From: Perkinsela sp. CCAP 1560/9
Taxonomy: Eukaryota; Protista; Euglenozoa: Kinetoplastea
Assembly (NCBI GenBank): GCA_965644495.1
Contig: CBFFSA010000005.1
Span: 248,001 to 312,000 of the forward strand
Reading direction: 5' to 3'
DNA length: 64,000 nucleotides
Both the position numbers and the translations under genes were made by a program. The notes beneath the pieces were generated by a model. The model did no database searches and had not been told where the DNA came from. It saw only the letters and a list, made by a program, of their open reading frames with translations. This document shows positions 32,156-43,230 of this stretch, one piece after another. Each line of letters opens with the position of its first letter. Position 1 is the first letter of the stretch.

Positions 32156-32631
32156 CCTGGTAAAACATCTAAAAATTAACTTAACTAGTGGTTAGGTGTA
32201 TGTAGTTATCTTTATCCGACATGTATATTAAGAAGCATGCTCAATGTGGTATCTTAAGCAAGAAAAAGATATGAAGGGAATACATAGTCACCTTTTCAGT
32301 AACTTCTACTACGGGATTATCCAACTTTCTTTTACTAATTTCATCGATTCGGTACTTCATCATGCGGATGATTTGTAATAAACGAAAAGATTTCCGTAAA
32401 GACTAGTGTAGTACACGTCGAAGTTTCAGAGCATCAACATTTAAGGTACGTACTCGAATGTCCCTTTTCGAGGGACCATTTTCATCGGTTCGGTAGGGTA
32501 ATGAATTTTTTCTAAAGTGTTCCTAATTTGTACATACAGATGATGTACAGATGTATATCTACAGCTACAGATATTAATTGTCATAGGTTTGTTATAGTCG
32601 TTCAATTGATTGATACATTTATGCTACATTT

Positions 32632-33126
32632 ATGATTGACACATTGCCATATGCAGAACAAGACATTTCCGTAGCCCAAAGACAAAGGGCTCTACGTCTC
32701 ATTGAAGAAGAAGCCCAGAAAACCTGCTCGTCATACGAATCAATTCCCACTTTTTCTCCAAGCTTAGAGCGAAATCAACCCCATATTCAACATCTCCTTG
32801 CGCAGAAGGATGGTAATTCTGCTATTCCGCTCATGTCACCTGAGGCGCGATATGAAGCTGAGCTACAAGCGTATATTCGGTTGCGCCTTTCTCGTATAAC
32901 GAGGGAGCAGAGCAGTTCTCTTGATAACACAACGCAGACGTTAGGCTTGGTTTTAGAAGATTACGAAGCTCGTGTCTCTCAAGAGAAAGAAAGAATCCAG
33001 CGCATAAACAAAGAACGAAAACTGGAGCACGTAGGAGCAATAAATGAAGTGCAGCTCTTGCACAACAAAAAACGCTCTTTATACGAAAAATGCACGAGAA
33101 TGAGGAATGCTCAACGATTGCTGTAA
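32632..33126 (+). CDS. SPF27: Pre-mRNA splicing factor SPF27/BCAS2 (Prp19 complex)
   Basis: IDTLPY.E......A..LIEEE start and coiled-coil IN.ERK..H. Confidence 0.75.
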   Translation: MIDTLPYAEQDISVAQRQRALRLIEEEAQKTCSSYESIPTFSPSLERNQPHIQHLLAQKDGNSAIPLMSPEARYEAELQAYIRLRLSRITREQSSSLDNTTQTLGLVLEDYEARVSQEKERIQRINKERKLEHVGAINEVQLLHNKKRSLYEKCTRMRNAQRLL

Positions 33127-33356
33127 TTAGCATTTGACCGAAATGTATCGCCTCTTTAAAAGTGCGTTGTACTATAAAATAGATCTTTAACAGTACTGAA
33201 AAACAAATGAATGTGGTAGATACATTCGTTGATTTGAATAGCAGGTGCTTTGACTAGCAGATGATTCGACTTTGCTAACTACTTTTCCTTGCTTTGATGA
33301 GGTGGGTAAATTATTCTATTAATATTTCTACTCATTCTTGCTTTAATAACTCCAAT

Positions 33357-33725
33357 ATGCATCGCGCGGCGGCCCTTTACTGCCAAGCACAGGTTTCTGT
33401 AAAATTTCACGTTACGGGGGGGCATATGCGAGTTCTAGGTGGTACTTCTGGTCAAAGTCTTATGGAAATAGCGAAACGTCACAAGATTGATATTGAGGCG
33501 GCGTGTGATGGTACGTGCGCATGCTCCACATGCCACGTGTATTTAAAACCAGAGTGGTACGGCAAGGTTTTGCCTCCTACAGAAGACGAAAAAGACATGC
33601 TTGACTTGGCCTTAGAACTTCGCGAAGGCCAGTCAAGATTATCCTGTCAAATTTGTGTAACCCCTGAACTAAATGGAATCGAAGCAACACTTCCCGAAGA
33701 GAAACCACTTAGCCTGGTTACATGA
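33357..33725 (+). CDS. Mitochondrial adrenodoxin-type [2Fe-2S] ferredoxin
   Basis: IEAACDGTCACSTCHVY...E.DMLDLA....SRLSCQ; an alternative in-frame ATG exists at 33297. Confidence 0.93.
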   Translation: MHRAAALYCQAQVSVKFHVTGGHMRVLGGTSGQSLMEIAKRHKIDIEAACDGTCACSTCHVYLKPEWYGKVLPPTEDEKDMLDLALELREGQSRLSCQICVTPELNGIEATLPEEKPLSLVT

Positions 33726-34305
33726 GCAATAAGGTGGTGACGCAAGAACGTTCATTCTGACTCGATGGTAAGACAGAACATTTAGCAACAGGGAAACCCC
33801 CTATCTTCGTGAAAATGACAGCCCTATCGTACGCGCTGCCTTTTTCCTTTCCATGTCATGCGTGTTCGAATCCTGTTCTGGATTTTTCTCCGAAAGCGAA
33901 TTTTGCTGGACCGTTTTTGAGGCTCTTGCTAAGTAGCTCATTCTGTGATCACAAACCAAATACATCATAGGGGCACGTGCTACTGGCAAAGCCTTCAACG
34001 AGAGGTTCAATTGGAGAGATTCATGGCAATTGTATTTAGACATCTGCAGATAAAATCAATATAAAGCATAATTCTATGTGAATTAATTAAATACTATTTG
34101 ATTACATTGTACTACATGTATGCATGTATCAGATGACCAGAAAAATAGCAGGGCTAAAAATTGTCTCTAAAAAGGTGATAGGATTTAAGGAGGGGGGGAA
34201 CTATAAAACATTTTATAGAAAAAATGGTACTTATACAGACTCTTAGATACTGTAAATAATACAGTCCTATGTTATTTTTATTTATTCGCTGTGGAATGTT
34301 TACTC

Positions 34306-35649
34306 ATGAAAAACAACCCTGATCGGTCACAGAGTCTGGAACTCGATCGTAGATCAGTTTGCCCTCTGCATTACACTATTGATCCTCTCACACCTGTTAC
34401 GAAACCACATCTTTCAGCCCCTGATAACAGTGGTTCTCAATTGCCCTTTTCCTGTCTCACTGACTATGAAAACCTCTCAACTAAGATGCTAGAAAAAGAA
34501 GAGAATTTTTTTCAAGCTTTACAGGCTGTTCGGGCCGTATATTATGATTCTTTGCAAAAATCTAACATTTTACAAGGAGAATTTGTGCATCAAATTTTCG
34601 GAAATTATATTGCTATTTATAACTTTGTGGAACAATTATCGCGATCGACTTCATCCACTGCTCTTCTTGACGCAGTTCTCTCTAGAGATGGCACTCCACT
34701 TGAAGAATTCGCTATTCATTTCGCAGTGCACACCCAGCCTCTTTTGCTGCACTGCCCAGAAATCTTGCAAGACTCTTTTCGACAGTGTCAAGAAATCTCT
34801 AGAGAGCAGTCTAGACCACAAATTCGATCCACTACGCCCGCCATTGGTGATCTCTTCTCTCCCGTAGAACCGCAAGAATGTGGTGGACTTCGCTCAGGTG
34901 TTAGCGTATGTGACGCAGAAACCGAACCTTCCATAGCTAGTACGGAGCGGACTTTATCTCGGCTTACCGCTCGAAACGCCTCGAGCACTGATAGCTCAAC
35001 GCCTAGTCCCCGTGTAGACTACCACGCCCTTCTGAGTGCTACGCTGAAAAAGATAACTCCTCATCCCTTCTTTGATCCTTCCTTACTTCCGATACACTGC
35101 TCTCAGTTGTATACGGTACTTGCCCTTGCTGCCACAAGGACATCATGGTACCGATACTGCGCACATGCTCTTCGGTATCCTCGCGCCAATGAATTTGATG
35201 CGATTACACGAAAGATATCGGTGCAAATCTCATCCCATGTGTCAAGAAGACACGCAGAAAAACTCGAAAGCCAATTTTCGGGTGATGCCTTGCCACGAAA
35301 TCAAGCACGGGAATTGTTGTTTGATTGCACAGTCATGATGCTTGCATTTGCTTTTCGTCGAAAACGTCATTTATTCTTATGCAATGATGTCCTTGTGATA
35401 GGGTCGTTGGAATCTAAAGGAAAATCTAAAGTGCAAAAGGTTTTTGGTATATCTCCAGATTTAATCATGGAAGCAAAGCCTGATTCCTACCACAAGCAGC
35501 AATACAATGTGTTAACTGTGCAAGAGCATGGTAAATCTTGGACATTGCTCTTCGAATCTGCAGAGGAACGAGATATGATTTTATCGCTTGTTGATGGTCA
35601 GCGTAAAAGAGACAACGCCCGCCCTATCTACCCCCACAAAAATGCATAG
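34306..35649 (+). CDS. Divergent DH (RhoGEF)-PH domain protein
   Basis: MLEKEENF..AL..V...Y...L and IFGN...IY (DH start); RKRHLFLCNDVLVIG and F.SAEERD (PH). Confidence 0.6.
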   Translation: MKNNPDRSQSLELDRRSVCPLHYTIDPLTPVTKPHLSAPDNSGSQLPFSCLTDYENLSTKMLEKEENFFQALQAVRAVYYDSLQKSNILQGEFVHQIFGNYIAIYNFVEQLSRSTSSTALLDAVLSRDGTPLEEFAIHFAVHTQPLLLHCPEILQDSFRQCQEISREQSRPQIRSTTPAIGDLFSPVEPQECGGLRSGVSVCDAETEPSIASTERTLSRLTARNASSTDSSTPSPRVDYHALLSATLKKITPHPFFDPSLLPIHCSQLYTVLALAATRTSWYRYCAHALRYPRANEFDAITRKISVQISSHVSRRHAEKLESQFSGDALPRNQARELLFDCTVMMLAFAFRRKRHLFLCNDVLVIGSLESKGKSKVQKVFGISPDLIMEAKPDSYHKQQYNVLTVQEHGKSWTLLFESAEERDMILSLVDGQRKRDNARPIYPHKNA

Positions 35650-35858
35650 CAACAATATAGCACTATAGAGTCAAGCGAGTTCATCTTCGTTTCAACAAAG
35701 CACCGTTTTATCTTTACAGTATAATTATTTATTTACACGTATCTGTACCCTACCAGTAGTCAAGCTAATTCTTTTCCGAAACGAATTGTACGTACACGAA
35801 ACGAATTGTATAACCTGTCGTAGTTATTGTTGTCTATTGTACATATTCTTGTCCCCGT

Positions 35859-37016
35859 ATGAGCATGTCCAACGCTTCAAAACCAGCTGATTATGATACC
35901 TGTAATACCGGTGCAAAAGCGTTATTTCAGGCAGGAAAATTTGGCAAAGCCGTCGAAGCATGGAGCAATTGCATAAAGCTGTTTCCTACGGAATATCTGC
36001 TGTATAGTAACCGCAGTGCAGCTTATCTAAAGCTTTCAAATGGGAAACAAGCTCTTGCTGATGCGGAAAAAGTGACGGTACTGTGTCCGAGCTTTGCGAA
36101 AGGATGGCACAGAAAAGGGGCTGCGCTTGAATTTCTTTGTAGGTTCAAAGAATCGGCTGAGTGTTATGATAAAGCTCATGCTCTAGATAGTTCATCAGAG
36201 ACGTACAGAACGGATGCCGAACGAGTCAGAAAAATACTCCGGAACTCATCTACTGCTAAGAAAGATGATTTTTACAAGTCTCAACATCAGACAAGAGGGA
36301 AGCAGTGTTTCTGTGACGGTGAGTATGAAATGGCTGTGCGTCACTACACAAAAGGCATATCTCTAGACCCGACAGATCACATGTGGTATAGTAACCGTAG
36401 TGCCTGTTTTCTGAAGCTAGAGCAGTATTCGTCTGCCGAGAGCGATGCGAGAAAGTGCATAGAATTGTTCCCTCAATATTCGAAGGCACAAGGCAGGCTC
36501 GGTTACGCTCTCCTTGGAGTAAAGTTATGGGCCGACGCAGAGAGCGCTTTTCGCACGGGTTTGAAACTTGAGAGTGAGGAAACTCCCCTAAAAAATAATT
36601 CAGCAAGAATGTCGTATTGCGCAGAAGGACTAGAGAACCTACGACAGCAAAAAGAAGACGAAAAGACACAAGAGAACGAAACGCTAGAACAAGAAAAAGT
36701 TGAAGCTGAATCTGCGATGCAGAATCCTTCCGATCTTCCGATGGCTACTCCAAACGAAGTGTGTTCAAAGTGTGGTTTCGTGGGACACACAAAGAAGGAT
36801 TGTACCACGGCTATGACTGATAGCAGATTGCCATCTCGTCACGCAGTAGGGTATGACTATTGCAAGTATTGCAATGAGATAGGGCATACAGCCGCCCAAT
36901 GTGCTCGGCGAATCGTAAACTCTGTGAAGAGGCCCAGGGAGGTACGATGCAGCATTTGTAATGGGTGGAATCACACAGCTCAAAGCTGTCCAAATAGAGA
37001 AGCGTATGGTTGGTAG
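35859..37016 (+). CDS. STI1-like double TPR protein with three C-terminal CCHC zinc knuckles
   Basis: Two TPR triplets with YSNRSA..LKL motifs; CSKCGFVGHTKKDC, CKYCNEIGHTAAQC, CSICNGWNHTAQSC. Confidence 0.85.
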   Translation: MSMSNASKPADYDTCNTGAKALFQAGKFGKAVEAWSNCIKLFPTEYLLYSNRSAAYLKLSNGKQALADAEKVTVLCPSFAKGWHRKGAALEFLCRFKESAECYDKAHALDSSSETYRTDAERVRKILRNSSTAKKDDFYKSQHQTRGKQCFCDGEYEMAVRHYTKGISLDPTDHMWYSNRSACFLKLEQYSSAESDARKCIELFPQYSKAQGRLGYALLGVKLWADAESAFRTGLKLESEETPLKNNSARMSYCAEGLENLRQQKEDEKTQENETLEQEKVEAESAMQNPSDLPMATPNEVCSKCGFVGHTKKDCTTAMTDSRLPSRHAVGYDYCKYCNEIGHTAAQCARRIVNSVKRPREVRCSICNGWNHTAQSCPNREAYGW

Positions 37017-37225
37017 TGTTCTTGTTCTATAGTTGCAATTATTTAAGGAACTGATAGGTATTATTAGTTCCTGGCGTTTACACTTCATCGGCGTCTCTGT
37101 GACTAAAGTTCTTTTGTGTTCGTACCTTTTTTAGTGGTTTTCTAATTTCGTCTCCGAAACACCGCGTCATGTATCACATTATTTTTTCTACTTGACGAAT
37201 ATTCTATTTTTTTTCAATATGTAGT

Positions 37226-38407
37226 ATGAAGCTCAGAACATGGTACAATGTCGGCATTCGTCACGAACCACACTCTTTAAACGGCTCGTGTCTTCGCATT
37301 CTACCTACTTCACATACCAGGTTTAGTATAACTCATTTTTCTCCCACAAAGCCTACCCACTATTCCAAGTGCGTGCTGTTTTGGACAAATTCCCGATGTT
37401 TTGGGTGGTCTTCCAACTCCTCCACTTCCCGGTACGACATCGACCCCTTTGACACGACCCCAGGACCGATACGCGTAGAGGAGTACATTGTCCCTCGCCG
37501 TTCTATGCTGGAGCGGTTGGACGACACGTATGATTGGGCTAAGGAATCCCTCTCCCCTGCCCTCCTCCAGCGCCAGGGTCTGGAATATTTCCACGATTGG
37601 GGATATGGATGGGGGTTTGCGTTTATAATATGGGGAGTTGTCATGCGTCTGTTTACGCTTTTTCCCTCACTCTATGCGAATCGAAATGCGCTGCGTTTGG
37701 CGCATATTCAGCCGGAGTTAAACATTATTAACGATCGCATGAGGCGAGCCCGAAAGGACAAGAAGATGCCCATAGCTGAAAGAAAGGTTATTATACAAAG
37801 CGCAAAACGACAGAGATCGGTTTTGTTTAAAAAGCATAAGTGCAGCCAACGACGCGCCTTTATACAAATGTTGACGATTCCCGTAGTCTCTTCTGCTTTT
37901 GTTGCCATTCAGAACATGGTATCTTACAATGACGAACTGGAATCCGAAACTTTCTTGTGGCTCACAGATCTAACAATGCCAGATACTACTTACGGGGTGC
38001 AACTTGCATGTGTTTCAATGTTTATGCTCAATTTCGAGCTTAATCAAGCACTCAACAGAGGGGGGCGATCCCCATCGCAACTTTTTCTTCTCTGGGGCAT
38101 GCGCTTGGCTACCTGTGCAATGGTTTACTTCAGCGCGAATCAACCGAGTGCTGTATTTCTCTACTGGATGGGGATGTCTTTGTGTGGATTTGCACAGCCC
38201 ATGCTTCTGAGATGGCATCCGTTTCGCACATTTTTCAAATACCCGGATCCTCCAGAGACGGTAACGAAGCATAGGAAAAAGGATTGGCTAATGATTTTTC
38301 TTGGATATTGGAATCAATCTTTGGTCGATAAACCAGATACACGTCCTCTAAAAACAGTGCACGACGTTCAAGTTGTATTCGACAGTGACATTAAGACGAA
38401 AAGGTAA
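37226..38407 (+). CDS. OXA1: Mitochondrial membrane insertase Oxa1/YidC family
   Basis: GW..A.I.....MRL...P, IQPEL, FLWL.DL..PD, PSAVFLYW. Confidence 0.87.
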   Translation: MKLRTWYNVGIRHEPHSLNGSCLRILPTSHTRFSITHFSPTKPTHYSKCVLFWTNSRCFGWSSNSSTSRYDIDPFDTTPGPIRVEEYIVPRRSMLERLDDTYDWAKESLSPALLQRQGLEYFHDWGYGWGFAFIIWGVVMRLFTLFPSLYANRNALRLAHIQPELNIINDRMRRARKDKKMPIAERKVIIQSAKRQRSVLFKKHKCSQRRAFIQMLTIPVVSSAFVAIQNMVSYNDELESETFLWLTDLTMPDTTYGVQLACVSMFMLNFELNQALNRGGRSPSQLFLLWGMRLATCAMVYFSANQPSAVFLYWMGMSLCGFAQPMLLRWHPFRTFFKYPDPPETVTKHRKKDWLMIFLGYWNQSLVDKPDTRPLKTVHDVQVVFDSDIKTKR

Positions 38408-38610
38408 TACTACTAGGTTATTTATTCGTGGTATCGTATTTCTAAAATATACTTGTCACCCTCGATTCACATTTCTTTCTTGTTCACACGTTTAACGAAT
38501 GACGATATTAAGTACACTAACTTAGTCTAGTTTCTTTGAAAAGGTGTACGCACACACATTACGACCCATAGAATTGTGCTGAATTGGAGCATTCATAAAC
38601 CCTATTTTTC

Positions 38611-39525
38611 ATGTCTGACAGTATTCCCCAGAAGGTGCATGAGAATTCGCGCTTGGAAATTCACGACTTAAAGAAAATTGTTCAGGGGCTGATTGCCTTG
38701 CCCGGGGCGGCTAGTTTTATGCGTCCTTTGGCTAAGTCGAATTTATTAGATAGCAGTTCAGATATTAATTTGGGGTCTATTTATCGAAACTTAAGAAAAG
38801 AAAGGTACGCTGATGTGAAGGAAGCCCTAAATGATCTTGAACTCGCATTGAATAATTGTTTTCGATCCAGTGAAGTTGAAAGCAATGCTCATCAAAAGGC
38901 TCGAAAACTATCTGAATGGGTTAAAGCACACTTAGCAGAGTTTTCCTCTGCTGGCACACAACAGCGTTCTGTCTCACAGGATAACGGAAGACTCTCGGAG
39001 GATGCAGTGCGAGTAGAAACGAGTGAAGTAAAAACCTCTGATTGTAACAAAAATTACAGCGCGATACCCTCTGTACTTCCTACTTTTAGTCGTTCAAAAA
39101 TTCATGAGTGGTACAAAACACACATAGAGGGTTCCGTAGCTGAAACAGGGCGAATGCTGCGTCACAGACATACAATTAAAGATCCAATTTCTGAAACGAG
39201 ACAAACTAGAACGGAAACAAAGAATAATGAAAAGCTACCACTGAGAAAAATGGTTTCCCGTCTTAAGGAAAGTGACTCAGTGTCTGGAGTTGCCGTAAGT
39301 TCGAAACGGCGCAGATACTTGGGTGAACAGATTGCTTTACTTCCGAAAGGTTCCTTGGAGGAAGTGATAGGCATATTAAAGCTCAATATTGAGAATAGCG
39401 TTCATTCAAAAGAAATGATTAGGTTTCAGAAGGATACAAACACATACACAATAAATATGATGCATCTACCCGACGAAACTGTGAAGCGGATAGATACGCA
39501 TCTCAATAGCGGGAAATGTAGCTAA
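38611..39525 (+). CDS. Divergent bromodomain + ET (NET) domain protein
   Basis: F.RP...INLGSI...L....Y......DL.L..NNC bromodomain; RR.L.EQI..LP...L.EVI.IL ... I.M..LPDET...I ET domain. Confidence 0.72.
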   Translation: MSDSIPQKVHENSRLEIHDLKKIVQGLIALPGAASFMRPLAKSNLLDSSSDINLGSIYRNLRKERYADVKEALNDLELALNNCFRSSEVESNAHQKARKLSEWVKAHLAEFSSAGTQQRSVSQDNGRLSEDAVRVETSEVKTSDCNKNYSAIPSVLPTFSRSKIHEWYKTHIEGSVAETGRMLRHRHTIKDPISETRQTRTETKNNEKLPLRKMVSRLKESDSVSGVAVSSKRRRYLGEQIALLPKGSLEEVIGILKLNIENSVHSKEMIRFQKDTNTYTINMMHLPDETVKRIDTHLNSGKCS

Positions 39526-40208
39526 TTTTCTCACTCCTGTAAGGGATATCAAGTGTCGGCTCTGAGTATGTAAAATATTTGTGTCATAAATGTCATGTAG
39601 TCTACTCCTCATGTCATGAGGAGTAAAATACCGACTGGGTGATACAGTAGAGTGTTATACAGTATACAGTGTGCTGTGGTAGAATAGTCCAGCTGTGGTA
39701 GAATACGCGAACTCGATTCATGTTTGGAACAGTGGCCAGAGGAGACTCACCCAATGGGAACGAAGACTCAGCGGAAAGTATGCACCGACAGAGGCATTGC
39801 CACTACGAGAGGCAGCCGCAATGCTCAGTTAGTGAGCAGTATAGTCATGGTACCCAGTTCATGCAGGAGTATCCAGTATACATACTACAGTACATGTATC
39901 TTTCAAGGGTATTCAAGAAAGGGGGAAATATTATAGTGTGAATAGCAGTAAATTTTTTTAGTCATATTTTGCTTTTCCTTATTTTCTAATGTGAATGCAT
40001 ATTTCTTTTGGACACGACACGGTGTCTCACTTGATGTTGAATTTTCTAAAATTCCAGGTAGCTCACAAAAAAATATGCTTTTTCATCCTTTCTTATGTAT
40101 CCATTTATGGGGATCGACGAGCATTCGGTCTTAGTAAAGGGTTTGGAAAGTAATAGGTTTCCAATGTATTGATTCTCATTCGTTGTTTAGTTGTTTTACA
40201 CGTTTTTT

Positions 40209-40388
40209 ATGACAAGAGGGGACCAGCGGGACCGCGATCGAGCTCGTCGACTCAAAGAACAAAATGACGCAAAGAAAGGTCAGAGATCAGATAACAAATC
40301 CTTTTTAAAAGCTAAAGAAACTGACAGTGAAATAATGAGAAGAAAACAAGCCGAGTCTGAAGCGAGAAAGTCCCAACAAAAAACGTAG
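40209..40388 (+). CDS. Small EDRK-rich factor (SERF/4F5 family)
   Basis: MTRGDQRDRDR.R..K ... KE.D.EIMR.KQ. Confidence 0.85.
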   Translation: MTRGDQRDRDRARRLKEQNDAKKGQRSDNKSFLKAKETDSEIMRRKQAESEARKSQQKT

Positions 40389-40844
40389 TTCAGCTTACGT
40401 CCACCACGAAAGTTTTGCTGTAGTTCTGTTCAACGCAATTATGAGGGTACTGTGATGCATACGTGAATCGAAAGCCCTAGGAACTATTTACTGCACGCAT
40501 TTAGAATTTTCAACATTTTTTCGGAATGTTTGCTAAGGTATCACGCCACAATGAAAGTTGAACTTGGGTAATTCAAATTTTCCAAACGTTTTATGACCTA
40601 CATTTTCTCGAATATTGTATGAGGAGAAATAATGGGCTCATGAAGAAAAGTACTCTTTGGTATTTTCTGTATATGGTAAGTCACACGTACATCTATAGCA
40701 ATCTGTAGCTATTTTTCCTACGAGGGCAATGAAATATACATTTTTTTTGCTGTAGAAAGAAGATTCACTCTCCTACCTATAAAAATAACAATATTTTTTA
40801 GAGTCACTTGGTTCTTCTGGCAGCGGTGCAACTCTTCTTTTCGT

Positions 40845-42587
40845 TTGACGCTCCCTAACTCATCCACCGTGGGAACAATTCAAAGTTCCGAATCCGTAGC
40901 AGGTCGCTACCCGCATACAGGTGCCAATCACACCGCTGCTCAGGTTCACCAAGACTGCATTGAAAGTTTATTTCAAAATACTTTTTCAAGCGAAAATATA
41001 TCAGTCAAAATCAACAACGAATTCGAATATTCAACCGTAACTGTTAAGGCAAAGGACACTGAAACAGAAAAGAATACTCACGAGCATTCTAGGGGGCGTT
41101 TTGAAGATTCTGGGAGGCTATTCAATAGCGCCCTTGAGACTGTACATAAGGCTGACGGAATAACTTTACTTACACCCCCATTGAAGAACGAGATTGAAGC
41201 TCAAGGAGCATCACCTTCATGTTCCGATGAAAACAGTGAGGAGAATTTTTTCCAGCGTTCAGTATCGAGAAATGATACTCCTCTGTCTACTAGGAATGAT
41301 CGGGTTGAGTGTATGTCTGAGACCAAGAGTGCGCTCAGCTCTCCAAAGTCACCCCTAGAGAAAAGTAATTCTGAAGACCGTGATTTCAACTTTTGTTTGA
41401 CGCCTCGAAACACTCCTATCAAGAGTGTGGGAGAAAATACTCATGAAAGCTCGATCGAAGGTAATCAGATAAACATTACAAGCAGTGGTCAAGTCATTTT
41501 AAAGAACTCTGGTGTAGAATCTAGTCCCACAGACTGCAATGGAACGGAGTGCCCCCCTTTCGCACTGAATCCAACTGGGTTTCAAAATCTAGGAAACACG
41601 TGCTACATGAATGCATCTCTCCAGTGTTTGCTAAGGTGTGGGTCCGTTCTAGAGGCGATTCATGAAGAGCAATTCACCCCAACCGGGGCGAAATCCCTTA
41701 CACAGGGATTACTGTCTCGCGAGCTTACCCGCTTACACGAAGCCATACAATCTGCCTCCCAGGGGAAGGTCGCATCTCCTATGCATTTCAGAAACGTACT
41801 TAGTCGTTGGGCCAAGATCTTTGCGAACTACCGACAACATGACGCCCAGGAGTTCCTACGCTACGTGTTGGACGGATTGCATCAGGAGACCAATCACGTC
41901 ATCCAACCTCCCCCTGCCCAGGAGTTGGCCGACATCAAGGGTGAGACCGCGCGCGCCCAGGCCAATCGATACATACAGTACTACCGTTCCAGAAATGACT
42001 CCGTGGTCACGGAACTCTTTGGCGGGTGGCTTCAGCAGTGTCGGGTGTGCAACGCGTGCTCCCACGTTAGTCGCACCTTTGCCCCTTTTATGGACTTATC
42101 TCTGCCAATTCCTGAGATGAGGGAGAGTGTAGAGCCCGATAGCTTGGTGGATTGCTTGAAAAAATTTACCGATCCCGAGAAACTTACGGGTCTGGAACAG
42201 GCGTACTGTTCGGAGTGTAAGCAACACACGGATAGTACGTTGGAGTTTCGGCTGTGCCGTGTCCCGCCTATCTTGATGATTCACTTAAAACGCTTCCGTG
42301 ATGACTGGAGACACAGCAAAATACAAGATGAGGTGACATTCCCTAAACGAGGATTGGACTTGGAACCTTTCTTTGCGTCAGAGAATTACTCACAAGAGTC
42401 GACTGTGTACGACTTACGAGGAGTCATCAATCATATTGGATCTACCGGTGGTGGACACTACACCGCGTTTTGTAGACAAGGTGATTCCTCCGATTGGTAC
42501 GAATATGATGACGGCAGAGTGCGTCCTTGCCGTGAGCTTGACTATTCAAGTGCCTACGTTTTGTTCTACGAGAAAACATGGAAATAG
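40845..42587 (+). CDS. Ubiquitin-specific protease (peptidase C19; start uncertain, first ATG 41313)
   Basis: GFQNLGNTCYMNASLQCL Cys box, QHDAQEFL, HLKRF, NHIG...GGHYTA His box, W..YDD, AYVLFY. Confidence 0.93.
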   Translation: MTLPNSSTVGTIQSSESVAGRYPHTGANHTAAQVHQDCIESLFQNTFSSENISVKINNEFEYSTVTVKAKDTETEKNTHEHSRGRFEDSGRLFNSALETVHKADGITLLTPPLKNEIEAQGASPSCSDENSEENFFQRSVSRNDTPLSTRNDRVECMSETKSALSSPKSPLEKSNSEDRDFNFCLTPRNTPIKSVGENTHESSIEGNQINITSSGQVILKNSGVESSPTDCNGTECPPFALNPTGFQNLGNTCYMNASLQCLLRCGSVLEAIHEEQFTPTGAKSLTQGLLSRELTRLHEAIQSASQGKVASPMHFRNVLSRWAKIFANYRQHDAQEFLRYVLDGLHQETNHVIQPPPAQELADIKGETARAQANRYIQYYRSRNDSVVTELFGGWLQQCRVCNACSHVSRTFAPFMDLSLPIPEMRESVEPDSLVDCLKKFTDPEKLTGLEQAYCSECKQHTDSTLEFRLCRVPPILMIHLKRFRDDWRHSKIQDEVTFPKRGLDLEPFFASENYSQESTVYDLRGVINHIGSTGGGHYTAFCRQGDSSDWYEYDDGRVRPCRELDYSSAYVLFYEKTWK

Positions 42588-42861
42588 ATCTATTCTGTTG
42601 TGACTCTATATCACGAGTGGTCTACTATGATTCTATCCATTTTAACTATAGAAAATCACCTAATTTGTTTGCTCACTTTTCACATCATACTTCGTTTGCC
42701 GATATTTGAATTATTGTGCTTTCCATTTTTGTTCCTCATTAATTAGGATCAGGCAGAGGTGATTACAGTACAAGCTAAGGCCAGTTAGTCTTTTTTAATC
42801 TGGATAGGATCTATCTTCGCTATCATTTTCACAAACATTAATTTGTACGAGAAATCCCCTG

Positions 42862-43230
42862 ATGGACTCCTCGGCCTTTCCTACATCTCAAAATTTTGGC
42901 ACACGTACGAAATGGCAACCGCCAAATATAGGGAACGATCAACTTCACAAAAGCGCAACGTCTCGAAGTACATCAAATTGGGAAACCCTTTTTTGGTCCA
43001 ATGGGTGGCACAAGGGCAGCAAAGGTCACGTTTTCTACCATCACAACACGAAAGTACCTCTTATCCTCTCGGTTGCTTTATCTTTGATTCTTTGGGGATG
43101 TCTCATTTGGTTGGTCTGGAATTATCCCATGCAGGGCACAGGCGAAGGGGCGAAAATGTGGGAAGATTCCCCGGATGGTATTCGAGGCGGCACGAGGCGA
43201 TATCCTTGGACTCCGCAAGTGTTTCCCTAA
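42862..43230 (+). CDS. Hypothetical single-pass membrane protein
   Basis: 122-aa ATG ORF with TM VPLILSVALSLILWGCLIWLVW. Confidence 0.55.
   Translation: MDSSAFPTSQNFGTRTKWQPPNIGNDQLHKSATSRSTSNWETLFWSNGWHKGSKGHVFYHHNTKVPLILSVALSLILWGCLIWLVWNYPMQGTGEGAKMWEDSPDGIRGGTRRYPWTPQVFP

Noticed and set aside
33855-33885. GTTCGAATCC as a tRNA T-loop
   Set aside because: Flanks do not form a T-stem and no acceptor, D or anticodon arms can be folded.
39720-39941. Two short overlapping + ORFs
   Set aside because: About 70 aa with no motifs; cannot be distinguished from chance.
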